Assembly: GCF_964355755.1 (NCBI RefSeq)
Contig: NC_092680.1
Location: forward strand, 15,571,045 to 15,635,044
Direction: 5' to 3'
DNA from: Antedon mediterranea
Taxonomy: Eukaryota; Animalia; Echinodermata
DNA length: 64,000 bases
Shown in pieces: positions 12,926-27,900 of the stretch. A model generated the notes under the pieces. It worked only from the letters and a program-made list of their open reading frames with translations, ran no database searches and was not told the DNA's origin. The translations under genes and the position numbers were made by a program. Positions within the stretch are counted from its first letter, which is position 1. The number at the start of each line of letters is the position of its first letter.

Positions 12926-15900
12926 ATGTTCCCAGTAACTCGCCATTACTGCCTTTTGTTGTTGTTTATCTCCTTTTATGGATGTATGGGATATGGAGGT
13001 TCAAGTGATCAGTCCATGTATGATGAGGACACCTTCATGCAGGATATTCTAATGCCTGGTGTTCAACCATCTCAGGTACAGTACAGTATATCACTTGTGT
13101 TTAGATGGCCTATTCAGTCATTTACTGTAGGTCAACAAGTATTTTACATTACATCATAATATGTCTATGTGTGTTTTCATTGTCATTTTCAATTCCTGTC
13201 GAAACATTGCTGTTTTCAATTTACTATGACAATACTTACAGCTGTGTTTACACACTTTAATATAAAGAAACTTACTGTATTTAACCCTTTCAAGACGTGG
13301 CCCATCCCATATGGGGTAATTTACTAAACCTATTAAAAATACCTTATTTAGCCTCAGTCACTTGGGGTAGAAACCTTGTGTCTTTAATGGGTTAAAAACT
13401 ATAAACTGCAGTTTATGTAAAAAAACTAAAACTACAGTAGATACAGTACTACTGTATATTACACTAGAATTATCAAAATATTATTTAATGAAATTCTTAT
13501 CCCTGAATAATCATATTGATCAATAATTTATAAATCATGTTGAAAGATGACAATTAAGATTAACATCGGCAGAAGGTCCCAATTAAATTTATCAGACTAG
13601 TTTGATAGTATAGACATACTGTAGCTTTGTGTATTAATTGTTAAAATAATTGTTTTAGTGTTTTTAGAATATGCCATTTTATTATAGTTATTCACTTTAC
13701 TTTGACCAAAGATTGGATAAAAAGATAAAATATTGATCTGCAACAACTGTAATTTGAAGCATTGATCTGTTTTGGAAACGTTTAGGTTCATACAGAATGG
13801 CTACTGCACTGTAGATATAAACCATAAACAGTACATTACATTTAAACCCACTTTACATTTTAGTTACAAAACAATAATTGTTGTTTGCAACATTATGTTG
13901 TGGGTTTTTTTGTTTCTTTAATCTTTTTTAAAATTTATTCACATATCTTTTTTTGTTATTCTGTTTTTGTATGTAATGGAAACTAAACTTTGTATGTTCT
14001 ATTTTTAGCCTGATGATTATCTTTGTACCGCAATGTCAATACCTGTAGACAATATATATATTGGTAAGTGTTATACTAAATATGATTTTTGTTTAATTAT
14101 ATATTTATACACTACAGTAATTAATAAATGCAACACTTTAATACTATGCTAAGATCATGTTACTTTTGGATTACATGTATTAGTTGTACTATATAAACAA
14201 TGTAAACTTGATATGTCTGTACATGCAAACTTTATTTTGTAATTAATATTTAGTTTAATGTTAAATCATGGTTCCTCCAAGATGTGGATATTCGTGTGTA
14301 CTGTAAAAGTCAAAAGTGATTTCAATCAATTTATAATATATTATTATTTTAATATCATGATGTTATAAAATATCAATCTAAAACAGTAATTCATGAAAAA
14401 CCATTTTAATGCTACATAATAAATTTTTTATGTTAGTGAATTTATTACTGTAATGAGATGCGTGTCTTTAAAGCTATTAATAATAGTCCCAATTGGACTA
14501 TTGACGTAATCATGTGATCTTTACGACAAAAGCCTTTGTTTGCGTAAGGAAGCCAGACCACCAGGTCTTGTACTGTACGTTGTTCTTAATTCACGCAAAC
14601 AACCTAGCTATTCACAAATGAATTAAAATTAATCTACAGTAAGACTGTATAAATATACAGTAAATTGTTTCACATTTGTTGGAGAATTGTGGGTTTAAAC
14701 AATAATGCCATTCTAGTTTCATACCCATCTTGTTTAAATAAGAATCTTTGAACCATTGTTATACACCTTTCATGCGTCCATTTTTTTTATTTTTTTTATT
14801 TCTGTCTTTTGTTGTGAAGAAACCTTCGGTATCATAGTACTGATATGACTGGTGGATCAGAAAAATCAAAATCAGAAGTAAAAAAAAAAGTCAAGTAAAA
14901 TATAACATAACATAAAGAAAAGTTAAAATAAAATGGATAATTACTGTAGAGATACAATAAATCATCTGAAAGCTTTTTATTCAAACCACCTGCCCACTCA
15001 TTTACACCTGTCTTCTCTCAGCCATAAAAAAAATGTATTTCATCGCTAGTTATAAGCACTATCAATTACCAAACAGTTGTACTGTAACTGTTGGAAGATA
15101 CAGTAACACTGCACTTTAAACAGACTCAAAAACTACCGAACCGAAAAACTAGTGGTCGCTGGGGCAGCACGACACAATGACATGATGTCGTGTGTAGATG
15201 ATATAATAGAGTTAAAGAGGAAACACTGCGTGCTGCGCTTAATTTGTTCTTGGCACTATGTGTTTCCTTAATTTTGTTAGTCTAGCTGGATAGCCAGGCT
15301 GCGATATTTCTTTTCGTTGGTGACCCCTGAAACAGCACAAAATAAACATGAATATTCATTAGTTATACTGTATCCATAAGGTGACATAAGAATTGAGCTG
15401 AATTGAACTACAATTCGCTAATGCAAATGCTTTCCGTCGAGCCGTCTGTGTAGTTGAGTGGATTTGACTATGGACTTTACATTTACAGTACATGTTGATG
15501 TATGAGGTTCAAATGCCTTGAGCAACTTATTTTTACTGTGAGAGATTATTTAGGGTTAGGTTTAGATAGTATTTAGGAAGTAGTTCGGCTATCTGTCTCA
15601 TAAGGTGTCCCCAACTCATGCACACAAAAAAAAAATCACGGCCAGGCCACAGTTCAGTCCCGGAAACTATTTTAGACCGCAAAATAAAAGGTTTACGGAA
15701 CTCTACAATAGGCTTACCGGACAAATCCACTTTTTCCCTCTCTATTAACATAATTTTATATGCACTCTACTATTGCTTGCCGAAATGTAAATCAATAATT
15801 TTTTTAATTGATAACAATCTAATAGATTTAGTTTTAATTTTTTTTTCTTCAAAATTTTGGAATTAACAATAATGAAGGCTTTACCATTCAGTATTATAAA

Positions 15901-18900
15901 AAGCCATAGCTGATCGTGTCAATTTGAATGCAGTTATCTACTGTAGCTCTATGCATGTGACGTGTTCGCATAACATTATGTTTAGTATTTAATAATAATA
16001 ATCAATCACAAAAATAATGCATTTAACATCTAAAGGACAAAATCCACTATAAAAGTAAAAAACATCAATAAGATACTGTAGAATTTGATTTGCTGCTATA
16101 TTCATAGCATTATTGATTTTACATCTGGCGTGCTTTACAATTGCTACCAATGAATATACAGTATGAAGATTCAGTTTTGTGTTTGTTCAATCAATTTACA
16201 TTGATTTTGGCTTCAACTGTTGTAATAGGTTGACTGATACTACTGTAGGCCTAAATTAGTAATTCATATATTTGTGAATGAATTAAAATTATATTTATTA
16301 ATACAATTGAGGAAGTGACAGCAAAATATCACAGCTGGGCTCAAAATTCATCCTTGCAAATTGACACATTTACTATAATAATAGTATCAGATTCATATCG
16401 TATAATTTATTTCGCCATATAGAAAACAAAAACAAACATACTGACATAACAAATTTATTTTAATGAGGCAGGATAATACCTACTGTAAACAAAAATTACA
16501 ATCAAGTGTAATTACGATACTACAAGAATTAAAAATTTAAAACAATTAAAAAGGATTAAAATTGCATGACAATATATAATTTATATATATGTATTTTCTC
16601 TTTTTGTTATTGTATCCTCTCTTCGGAGAGAGAAGGGCTATATTGTCAGTTTGTCCAGGTAAGCAGGCACAAAATAGACCAGTAAAATTTAGTTTAAAAA
16701 AAACAAAAAAAAAACTACTGTATTCTATCAAAGGTACTGTAGTTGATCTGAAGGTTTGTTCTGATTTGCTTGTGGTTTTGTCCGGCAATGGTTTACACAC
16801 TGTTGCTGACTACTGTAGGACAAAGTACCCGGTCCTTTAAAATATAAATGATTCTTGCTTTTAAGAGAAATTTGATATTTATTGTTGGAAATCATAGACT
16901 ACAGTAACTTATATAATTATTTACTTTATATATTTAGTTTTATTTATTTTTATTAAATAAAAAATATATAACACATATGTTCAATTTAAGTATATATAGA
17001 TCTTTAAACTTGTTTCACACTCTACTACCCTAATAATTTATTTATCCTCTGATAACAGTTACTGTACAATATTGTATGTGGGTGCGATTGATTTTAGCTT
17101 ATTATAATTGTGTTAATGGTAACGCCGTGTTAGAATTAGTACTTTCCCAACTGAATCCATTATTGTGTGAAAATTCTCCATCCGATCGTGTCAAATAACA
17201 ATACGTTTGGTGTATAAACTCAATTTTATTCTACTTCTACTGATAGGATATTATATTATAGAAATGTGACATGAATTGTGCTTGTACACTGTACAGAGAA
17301 TGGTGCTTCTTCTTTTGTGTATGGCTAAAATAAACAAATATATTTGTTAAGTGTGAACGTCTGCATACATTTCAGGGGAGGGTGTTTTTTTTCTTCTTAA
17401 TGTTTGATCAGGAATTAAATGGAATAATCATCATCAATATTTTGCCAATATGTTAACATTTCTTGAATTGACTACATGCTGTACTATACACAGCATGTCC
17501 TTTCATCAGTTAGAGCTGATTTATGAATCTGTAGGTTAATTTTAAAAGGTCATAGTAATTATTACATAACTTATTTTTATACAGTTTTAATTTCGCAGTA
17601 TGGCTACATTTGATTCAGTGATACTGATTGTATGTTAATTAAATCTTTATGCTGTAGTGGAAAGTATGTACAACTACTTTAGTAACTAATTCACTATTCA
17701 CACTTAGGCTACAATATAAGAAACAATTTCAATAACTGTGCATATATATTATTATATTTATAACAGAGAACTACAATATAATAAAAGTGGGACGTATCCA
17801 CACAAGACAAAAAAAAGAAACAATTTCCACTTAATATTTTAGAATGTTCTCTTCTCATGTAATGAAACTTATTGACTTTGTGAATATACTCTTTTTGTTT
17901 CAAACTTCTGCCAAATACAAACAGATGCTGAGTATACTGTATACTGTAAAAAAGATACTGAAGAAAAGACAAAACAGCTGATAAATAAATAATGCTAGTT
18001 GTTCAAAAACCCAAATGTTCTCCATGATTGCTGAATACAGCCACAGAATCATAACATACAATGTACTGTACCAAAATGCAGAGCCATATATATAAAGAGT
18101 TGCGACTTTGAATGGAGTAGAAGCCATTTTTGTGTCCAACAATTCCTATGTAGAGTATGGAGTTGAGTCTTTTGTTTTAAAAATGTATAACGTTCAAAAG
18201 GCTTTAACTATCGAATTTAATATCCAAATTTAATTTCTGTAAAGGTTTTTGTTAAAATAATAATAAAATTATAAAGTTACTGCAAACATGTTTTTAAACA
18301 ACAAAAAAAGCAATTTCGAAACGGCTCTGGATGTGCGCTCTACGCGTGCTGGTTTAGTTTGTACAGCGATTCTGTATAGTTAATGCATTGTTTTTGTATT
18401 TTGTTGTTTAAAATCATGTTCGCAGTAACTTTATGATTTCATTATTATCATAAAAAAAATATATAACAAAAACCTTTAAACAAATTGATTGTTTTGATAT
18501 TAAATTCTATATTTAAAGCCTTGTGAATGTTATACATTTTTAAGCAAATGACACGACTCCATACTCTACATAAGCATAGTTTGACCCAAAGATGGCCGGT
18601 GTGCACCCCACATGACTTTCTAAAATCCGTGAACGCAATGCCATAACTCTTTTATACTGTATATATGGCTCTGAACCAAAATGTAACAGGTTTTGCATAC
18701 TAGTATAACAGTAACTGTACTTGAATACAGTACCTTCATTTACAATTCCAAAAACAAACCTGTATACAAATAAAACAAATGAGTGAGTCATATGGCTGAG
18801 CGGTTAAGGCAGGGGCGCCGTTTACCGTACCTAAAGAGCCAACAACAACATCGGCAAGGGTTCGAGGGCGACTCGCTCCTAGTTCTGGTGGTGGAACAAG

Positions 18901-21900
18901 TCTTCTCGGATAAGGACTATAAACCGTAGGTCCAGTGTACACAGTTATAACCTGTGTGTACTTTAAAGAAACCCAGTTCATTATTCGAAAAAGAGTAGGG
19001 GGTTACCCCGGTGAACTGGTTCACACAATAGCCCCCTGTATCAGGGGGATTACCACCTATCTGATAGGACAGTGATTAATTCACTATTGGTAATCCTTGG
19101 CCACATTGCCTAAAGACATAAAATAAAATAAAATAAAATAAAATAAAATAAAATAAAATAAAATAAAATAAATAAATAAATAAATAAACCTCTCACACAT
19201 GAAAAGACTTCCTAGTTAATGTACACGGCCTACTCAACATCTACTATTATAGTACAGTAGTAGTAGTAGTATTGACAAATTCATAGTAACTACAAATGTG
19301 TTAATCTTTCATTTGAGTATGACAATATGTCCACATCGAGACACTGGTTCTCTTCAGATCACTGAAGCTGGTTGCGGTATCTGGTGTTAAAAATTGTAAC
19401 AACTCAACTAAATTAATTGGCCATAAGAAATCAGGCTAGCTTGTACAGAGGCAGATTTGGGATGTTTTTTGGTATACACGTATCTTGAAATATTGGGATA
19501 TACTCCACGATTATTGGAAGGGTAGGGAGACACTGTATGGACACACCTTATGTCATGTACTACTGCATCATTGAGAATATTAAATATAAAATGCACCTTT
19601 GCCATTTTCATTAAACTCATCAATTCAATGAAGGTCATGTTTATTAAAGTTATTCATGCAAATTGTATTCTTTATGAAGTCAAATTTAAGATAATTAGAA
19701 TTCATTGAGGCAAAGTGTTCTTTGTATGAGAAAAATATGCAAACATTTGATTGCATCTATTCAACAATGTATTAGACACACATTATTCAAACATTATTGC
19801 AATGCATATAATATAGAATATGTTAATTAAATGTGTAATTTATGATTTAATATCCAGAAAAGTGATTATACTACGTACAGTATAGTACAAAATGATGTAC
19901 AGTATCAGTGCAGTAAAATTTAACATCGCTACATAACAATTCATTGTAATTGCATTTAAATTTGATTGTATCCTTTCATTCTATTTTTATATTTTCAATG
20001 TTTTTTATGTGAATTATGTATTTTTATACCGCTTTATATAAAGTATTTTTATATTTTAATTTCTTAGTTTGGACTGTCAGGCTATAGTTAAATGGAGTTT
20101 ACTTTTGTTGTCCATAGCCGACAATCAAATCCTTTTTCCTATATTGTATTTTATACTGTATATTGTTATATTACTTAATAAATGAATGAATGAATTCTTT
20201 TCATTTTAGGCATATTATAAAGTACAGTACATTTTTTTAATACATTTTTAATTCTAATACTCTTATTTTTTACAGTGGATTTTATACCGAGGGCCACCAT
20301 GGACACAGCACATCATCTTCTGTTGTTTGGATGTGATTCAATTGAGACACATAAAAGCAAAGCTTGGTAAGAGTTATTTGTCAAAAATTAAACATGTTTA
20401 AAGTTCTCCTGACGACCTAAAACAATGTCCGATACTATCTCAATACTCGTCGGGATTAATCTCGGACAGAGCCGACAAGTCAAGACTTTTGATCAAGCCT
20501 CGTCTTATAATGCTGTCTCAGTTGGCCTTTAGAATATCACAGATTTGATACATTACAAAGTACTGTATTTTCCACAATAATCAATTAGATTTTCAGATTT
20601 AAATATTCATCCATACTCCAATCTTACTAGTACAGTACAGTCTAGTCTAAAGTAATAACAGTATTTCATATATTTGATAGGTTGTGATTGGTCGCTAAAC
20701 CGAAGAATGTTTTGGAATGAGTTAGTTTTAAAATTGCAAAAAAATATATACCGTAGTTCCTCGGGTATAATCCCACCTCGAGTATAATCCCACCCCCGAC
20801 TTTACGATTACCTTCGCACACAAGCATATCCCCGGGCAAAGTCCCAGTGTATAATTTATCATTAGGACAGAGGTAGGCCTAGCTAGCTAGGCCGATGTTG
20901 ATTTTTTTTAAAGAAATTCTCACCAAAAAATAGAGTAATTTCTCTGAATTCGGCTGACTTAAAACTCATCAAACATTGGCCATCGTAAAGTTGAATACAA
21001 CCTTAATATCATCGCCCCGATCTTCGCGTTCTGCACATCATGCATTCGCCGCACACTCGCTCGCCGTGTACATTCTGCATGCCTTGTTTACACTACTGCA
21101 TGCTTGATTACCATAAAAAAAACACCGCCCTCTATACCGACCAGAGCAGTACTGTAGTTTGTGTCACATGCAACAACATGCGATTTGCACAGAGCTCGAG
21201 CGTGGGGAATCGGGAGAGAGACAAATGGTATAGTCCATGAACTATGCCCTCATGTGGAAGCCTCCCCACAAACCACCATCATTTCTTTTCGAGACATGTT
21301 GGTTTAGTTTGTGTAATTTAAACATCAAATGCAGAACTATTGTCACATTTGTTGTGATGAATATGACATTTAAGCAACGAGAAAGTAATTTTAACTTGCA
21401 GCTAGACGTGTCATAGGTTAAACATTTGTCTTTTTTTAGATATGTTGTAGAAAACGATTGGTTGTTGCCTGTTTAAAAATTAATCTGTATCTGTAACATT
21501 GTTGCATTCAAGTATAAGGCTTAATAAGGAAATTATTCAGAATTTATTTAAATTACTGGATGAAAATTAACAATTATAAAATAATAATTAATACAGTATC
21601 ATTAAAAGACTTTTTATTTTAACCAATATTATTAGAGTATGTGAAGCGCCACTGGTAATGAGCTTTCATAGAAATGTGCGCTATATGTTAATGTCTAATA
21701 TCTCAACTTTATCATAGAATCACTATATTACAGTATATGTTTTAAAAAGCAATGTTGCTATAATACTGTAGCTAGGTTTAATATGTTGTACAGTACAATG
21801 CATCCTTAATGAAAATTTAAACATTTAGAATTTGAATTAGTGAAAATATATTGCCTATAAAGTACAGTATAATGTATGTAAATAACAAATATAGACCTAC

Positions 21901-24900
21901 TGTACAGTACACCATGGCCATCACTGAAAGATATCAAAATAAATAAAAGTGGATGTTCTCTTTTCTTTTAGGAATTGTGGCTCAATGGGAACGTGTAACG
22001 GACCGTCCAAAATTATATTTGCTTGGGCCAGGAATGCTCCTTCCCCTGATATCCCAGCAGGTAAGGCATGACCACCTCACAATTAACTATTCACTATCAC
22101 TGTTTTACTGTTCTACAAACCATTAAGACACCAGTTCTGATCCATTTTGAAAGAAATGGAGGCAGGGTGGCTAAATTTGAAATGTAAAGTGGGCATTTAA
22201 GAGTCGACATCCCATCCTCACATTATACAGAGTAATGTTTTATCCTAAACAAAATTTCAATTACAGAATAATCAAATTTATGAATGAAATTACTGGTCAC
22301 TCAAATTCATTATCATCATTTATCCCATCATTAAGAGTACCGTGTACCATAACATAACGATTCCTTCTAATTCACACAGCATCAATGTTGATGTTTGCTC
22401 ATTTTATTTCTGTACAGTAAATTATGCTGCTGTAATCTTCTTGAATGCCAAATGTCATAGGTTATCAACATCTTTTACCATAATATGATTCTAAAATCTG
22501 GATATTTTGGATGAAAAGCATTGGAGATTAATGTTAACTGTTAAGTACATTTAAGAAGTAAACATCAATTTATAATACTGTCTTAAGAATTTAAAAAAGT
22601 GATATCAAAATGCTGTAGGCTGGCTACTTTTCTTTTTATTGATTTACAGTTTTTTTTGTTTGATTACCAGATATAATAATAATAATCAGCCACATTACAA
22701 CTATAATAAAAGAAGATATTTTAAAAAAGGGAATTTGGATACAAAATAAGCTACAGTACTGTGTTAAATAATAGGGAGGTTTCGCAATCTTACGAATACG
22801 ATAACGAAAACGGATACGTCACGCACACGTATTCGTTTTTCGTAAGCCAGTAAAAATCAGTTTTGCATGGCAACGAAATATTGAAAGCGCCGTCCAAAAT
22901 ATGACTGCGGTAAATTTAAGCGAAGCGCAGGTACTTGGTGCTTGGCTGCCTAGGCCTAGCGTAACATCAAAGCGAGTGAGGACTTTAAAAACTGCTATTT
23001 ATCAAAATTGACCAGGCATTTTAGTAAATTACTTTAGTAAATTACTTTCAATAAATCTATAATTATATTATAATCATGAATAATTCCTGATTCAAATGCA
23101 AAATGTGTAAAATAGATTAAAAACTATACTCGTTTTGTAGTTACGAATATGACTGGTGATATTCGTCAACACGAAAACGCTTTACGAATATGAAATGGGG
23201 ATCAGCTCAAAAGTTTCACAAATGTGTGACGTATCCGTTTTCGTTATCGTATTCGTAAGGTTGCGAAATAATCATCTCAAAAAGCATCATTTACTATTCA
23301 GTAGACAGCTGATCTAAATGATATTTATTACTTACCATATTAATAAGTAATATTTTATGAATTTAATTATTTTCTATTTAATATGTTTTTTTTATTTCCT
23401 ATTTTTAAAATTATTATTATCATATCACAACTTAATTTTTGAGATATTTCCCATAAGTTTAAATAGCATATTTTACATTCAGTACTATAACAGTAATCTA
23501 TCATAATGATAATATTATATCTTGATACAATAATAATGATAATATTATATCTTGATACAATAATAATGATAATATCATATCTTGGTATAAACACAATCAA
23601 ATAAGAGAATAAAAATCATAGTACAACTGCTTATCTTAAGCAAGGACAAGCCAATGCTAAAGGGGCATGTCAAGGAAAATATAAAAATATTTAATAAAAT
23701 AATGTTTACAAAAATATATAAAAAAATAATATTTTGCTCTAGACAGGCTCTTCACTACAATGACATCCTTACATATCTCTTAAGTATACCAAATATAGTA
23801 ATTGCATCCTGTTGTAACATGACGACATTTGGCATTGTTTAGTTAACAATTAGGTTTTTTGTGAGTAGATACTTAAATATCTGTGGACATAGTAATAATG
23901 CACTTTACCACAATATGATCTAGAAAATATGAAAAATAACCAAGAGGATTTTTAATTTAATTTTCTCTAAAATACATTTGTTATATAGTTTTTTTTATCA
24001 TGTCATTCTATTGATTCCAATAACATGTTATAATTTAACACACATTTTGAGGTTATAACTATACTTCCTCAATGGAAAGCAAACTAAAATCATATGTTAT
24101 TTTGACATTTAAACAAGATGTAATTACTGCAGTAACTGCAGTATACTGTAACACATAATTTTGAGCAGATATACAATAATTTATGCACATTTATCAGACA
24201 AATTAAAAAAAATCTAATTGACGGTGACAATTGTAAAAGCAGTCTGGAATATAGAACTGCAATTAAATATCTGTACTATTTGAACTATTGAATGTAGAAC
24301 GAATGTATAATAAATGGCTACGAAATTACAACAGCTGATTTAATATGCGTCTCGACAGTATGGTCAAGGTACACTCACGATCAAACGTGAATATTAACAT
24401 AAAAGGAAGGAGAGGCATCAACATGTGCCAATGGTATGGTTATTGTCTGCAGCGCCACTGCCTAACCACTCGGCAACTTGACTCGAGCAACCTCTCGGCC
24501 ACTCGACTCAACTTATTTAAATAATTATTTTTATATAATGTAACAACTAAATAAATTCCTGTCATTTTATTGGACGATTGTGGTGAACGGTTGTTCAATA
24601 GTAAAAATTATTTTTGTGTACCGAAAAAACATGGAAAACATGAAATCGTTAGATAAAAACAGAATTAGCCTAGATGAGTTCCAGTGGCTTTCGCCTCATT
24701 GAAATATAACCTTTCATTATTCACCTCATGCAATTATTTTATATATACATTAAAATTGTAATTTCTATAAATATTTTTTTTCAATTCTCAACAGATGTTG
24801 GTTTTAGGATTGGTCGTGAAGCAAATGTCAATTTTCTTGTACTGCAGATTCACTATGGACATATTGAGCCCTTTCAAGGTTTGTTAAAATAACAGTAGTA

Positions 24901-27900
24901 TCATAATATAAATACACACGGTGCATTTGGTTTTTCAGATACTGCACCACGCCAAATAACCGTTTATTTGAAAATTGATTTAAAAATATAATTTTTATAT
25001 CAACCACATTTTTGCAAAATTTATACTTCAAAAGTTGTTTAAATCATTTATTATTATAATTTAATTAGTGTATTGTTATAAACATCATAAATTAACATAA
25101 TTTATTTTAATTATTTTAAATTCATAATATAAAAATAACGCTTAAAAAAGAACGACGTTTTGACTCCATCATAGGGTCATTATCAGGTCTTTTGTTATAT
25201 AAACTTTGACCCTTGGCTTGTGCTATTTAATTAGTTGTTGTTTTAAATTTTTTCATTGGACTTGATAATAATATAATATCAAAATTTATTAAATGATATT
25301 TATCCCATAATATACAATCTACGATAATGTAATTAATTGATATAAAAAATGTATTAAAAAAGTAACATCATTTGAATAAAAGAACAAAGCACACATCTAC
25401 ACATAATCAAACATCGTATACTCTATCTCTAACAATTTTTTCAATCTTCTATCGACTAAAGCCGAAGTATAGTCGTTATCTCGGGACCGTTCTATGGCCA
25501 CCACCAGGTAGGCTTACTTCATCAAGGCTTCTATGAATGGATGTACTGGTTGGGAGCAGGAACGCTAGTAGACCAAACCCTGTACCGTTTTGATTACGAT
25601 CAATCGAGAAATTACCTCACGACGTCGTTCTTTTTTAAGCGTTATTTTTATGTTATGTATTTACAATAAACGTACCCTCATTTGTTATTTTTAATTCATA
25701 ATTTAAATATGATCAAATTGCTTTAAATCCTAATGTATTCAAATTTTGAAAAAACAATATAATTAACACTTATATTCACATATTTTTACTATTGAAAATT
25801 ATGTTTTGTCTTATTATTTATGTCATTAATAGACACTTTATGTATGTTTTTGTTTTTCTTCAACAGATGGTAGTGTAGATAATTCAGGATTGACACTTGT
25901 GATGACAATGCAAAGGTAATAAAAATAATAATCTATACAACAGGATGAATACCGTTATAAAAATTAAGTTATATCTATTGTTCCCCTGAAATATAATGTT
26001 CTGTTGTAGAATATGCCATTTTAATGTCACATAATTTAATATTCACTTTTTATCAAAAATTGGATCGGAAAAAAAAAATGAAGCCGGAAAAAAAATGTAA
26101 TTGAAAAAAAACAAAATGGCTACTTGAAAAACACTGTCTGAAAAAAGAATGTTTATTTTGTTTTTGTATAAGTGAAATAATTATTTTTGCTTGTTGTTTT
26201 TAAATAATTTTATTAAAACTACATAAAATGGCCTAATCAAAGTTTGATTTTATTTAACTTTTACATATTTTAAAGGACAATATATTTCCTATTACATATT
26301 TGTTGTTTAATAGATTAGTTTTTCTAATGGCAGTAACCTATTGTTTTTATGAATGTTAAAGCTATTAATGGGATGTTGACTTTAATTAAAGCGATGATTT
26401 TGAAGCAGTATATTCTCATGGTACATGTAATCTAACCAATATTTTTAGATTAAATTTACGCCTTTTGATTGGATGATTAGAAAAGGCTATGAATGTAATT
26501 TCATCCTTAAACATTGTAATGTGATTAAGAAGTCAGAAAGTGTGCCATGAGTATTAAGCTACTCTATACAATATGTGAGTGTCAACATGTCAATAAAGTC
26601 ATCTAAAATTATATTCACATTGAGACATGATTCCGGTCTAATTGGCAGGTAAATTGTAAAGAAAAATTAGTGCAGTGTTTAAGATTAGAATCAATAAAAC
26701 TAACTCTTTCAAATTCCACCCAACCAAATTCATTTTCCGTGTGAATGTGGCTTTAGTTTACACACGTACAAAACAAAAATACATTCTTTTTATCCCTAAT
26801 GAAAGAAACGAGTTCATCATATTATTAAATTCATGTACATATATATCATGCTAAATATATGAATACTTACAGGAAGAAATTCTAAACCTCCCTTTGTTTT
26901 TGTATACAGTATATAAATATATTTGTTTAATGTTTCCCACTTTTTAAAAACCTAAAACCTGTTCCTGGAAACCAGGCATTGTGGTTTGTTACTTTGTTTA
27001 AATTACTTGATTGATATACTTATTATTCAAATTAACTACAGTATATCTAATTTGAGCAATTGTATGTCAACATGAATTTCCTTTTAAACAAATAAAATGA
27101 ACTGTGAACTATGATATCTCTATTCTCAGAGGAGTGTTGGTAATGGAATCGTTGATTGTATATGAATAATTAACGAAGTAGAAATTATCAATAAATTGTC
27201 TTTTTTTAAATATTGTTTCAGGCAACAATATTTGGCCGGTATCTACTTACTTGTCTCAGGAAGTATTTATATTCCACCTCATGGTGAAAGTGAGTATTAT
27301 AATGTGCTAATTATGTTAATTGTTCCATGATACCTGTAGTATAACAGCAGGTGGACAATAAATCACAGCTGAGAGTCATATATGCCTTCTTTAGGATGTG
27401 TTCACACAAGCTAACAAATTATTTAGCTCAAAGAAACTGTGCGTGTAGTTCATCTGTTTGTTTCCAATTCAAGTCAGTTTTATGAAATCAATTAATATTG
27501 GAGGTCTTTAATACACAAATTCAACCAAACGATTATAATAATATACTTGAGCTGCCTAAAACCTTGATTGGATATCAAAGAAATACAAGTAGTTGATTGG
27601 TTACTAAAGAAAGAGGTCAAATTGCCAGTCTCAATCTTTATATACTGTACCATTATATTAGACTTAAATAAATGGCATCCAGTAGTAACCTCTATTAAAT
27701 GGACACACCTTTGGGACCCAATAAAGTGTCCTTTAATAGTGGTTGGATAGGTAATGTAGTCATTGACCTTTTCACAGGAAAGTGTATGGTATATTCAAGT
27801 ACACTCTCAACTTTATATACAGGTATACTGGATCAACATAATATTCAAGAACCTCTATTAATTTTGTATCTGGATATATCAAACTGAGTTTGACAAAAAA

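Noticed and set aside
15548-15566. TTAGGGTTAGG telomere-like motif
   Set aside because: Fewer than two full units; common inside invertebrate MITEs.
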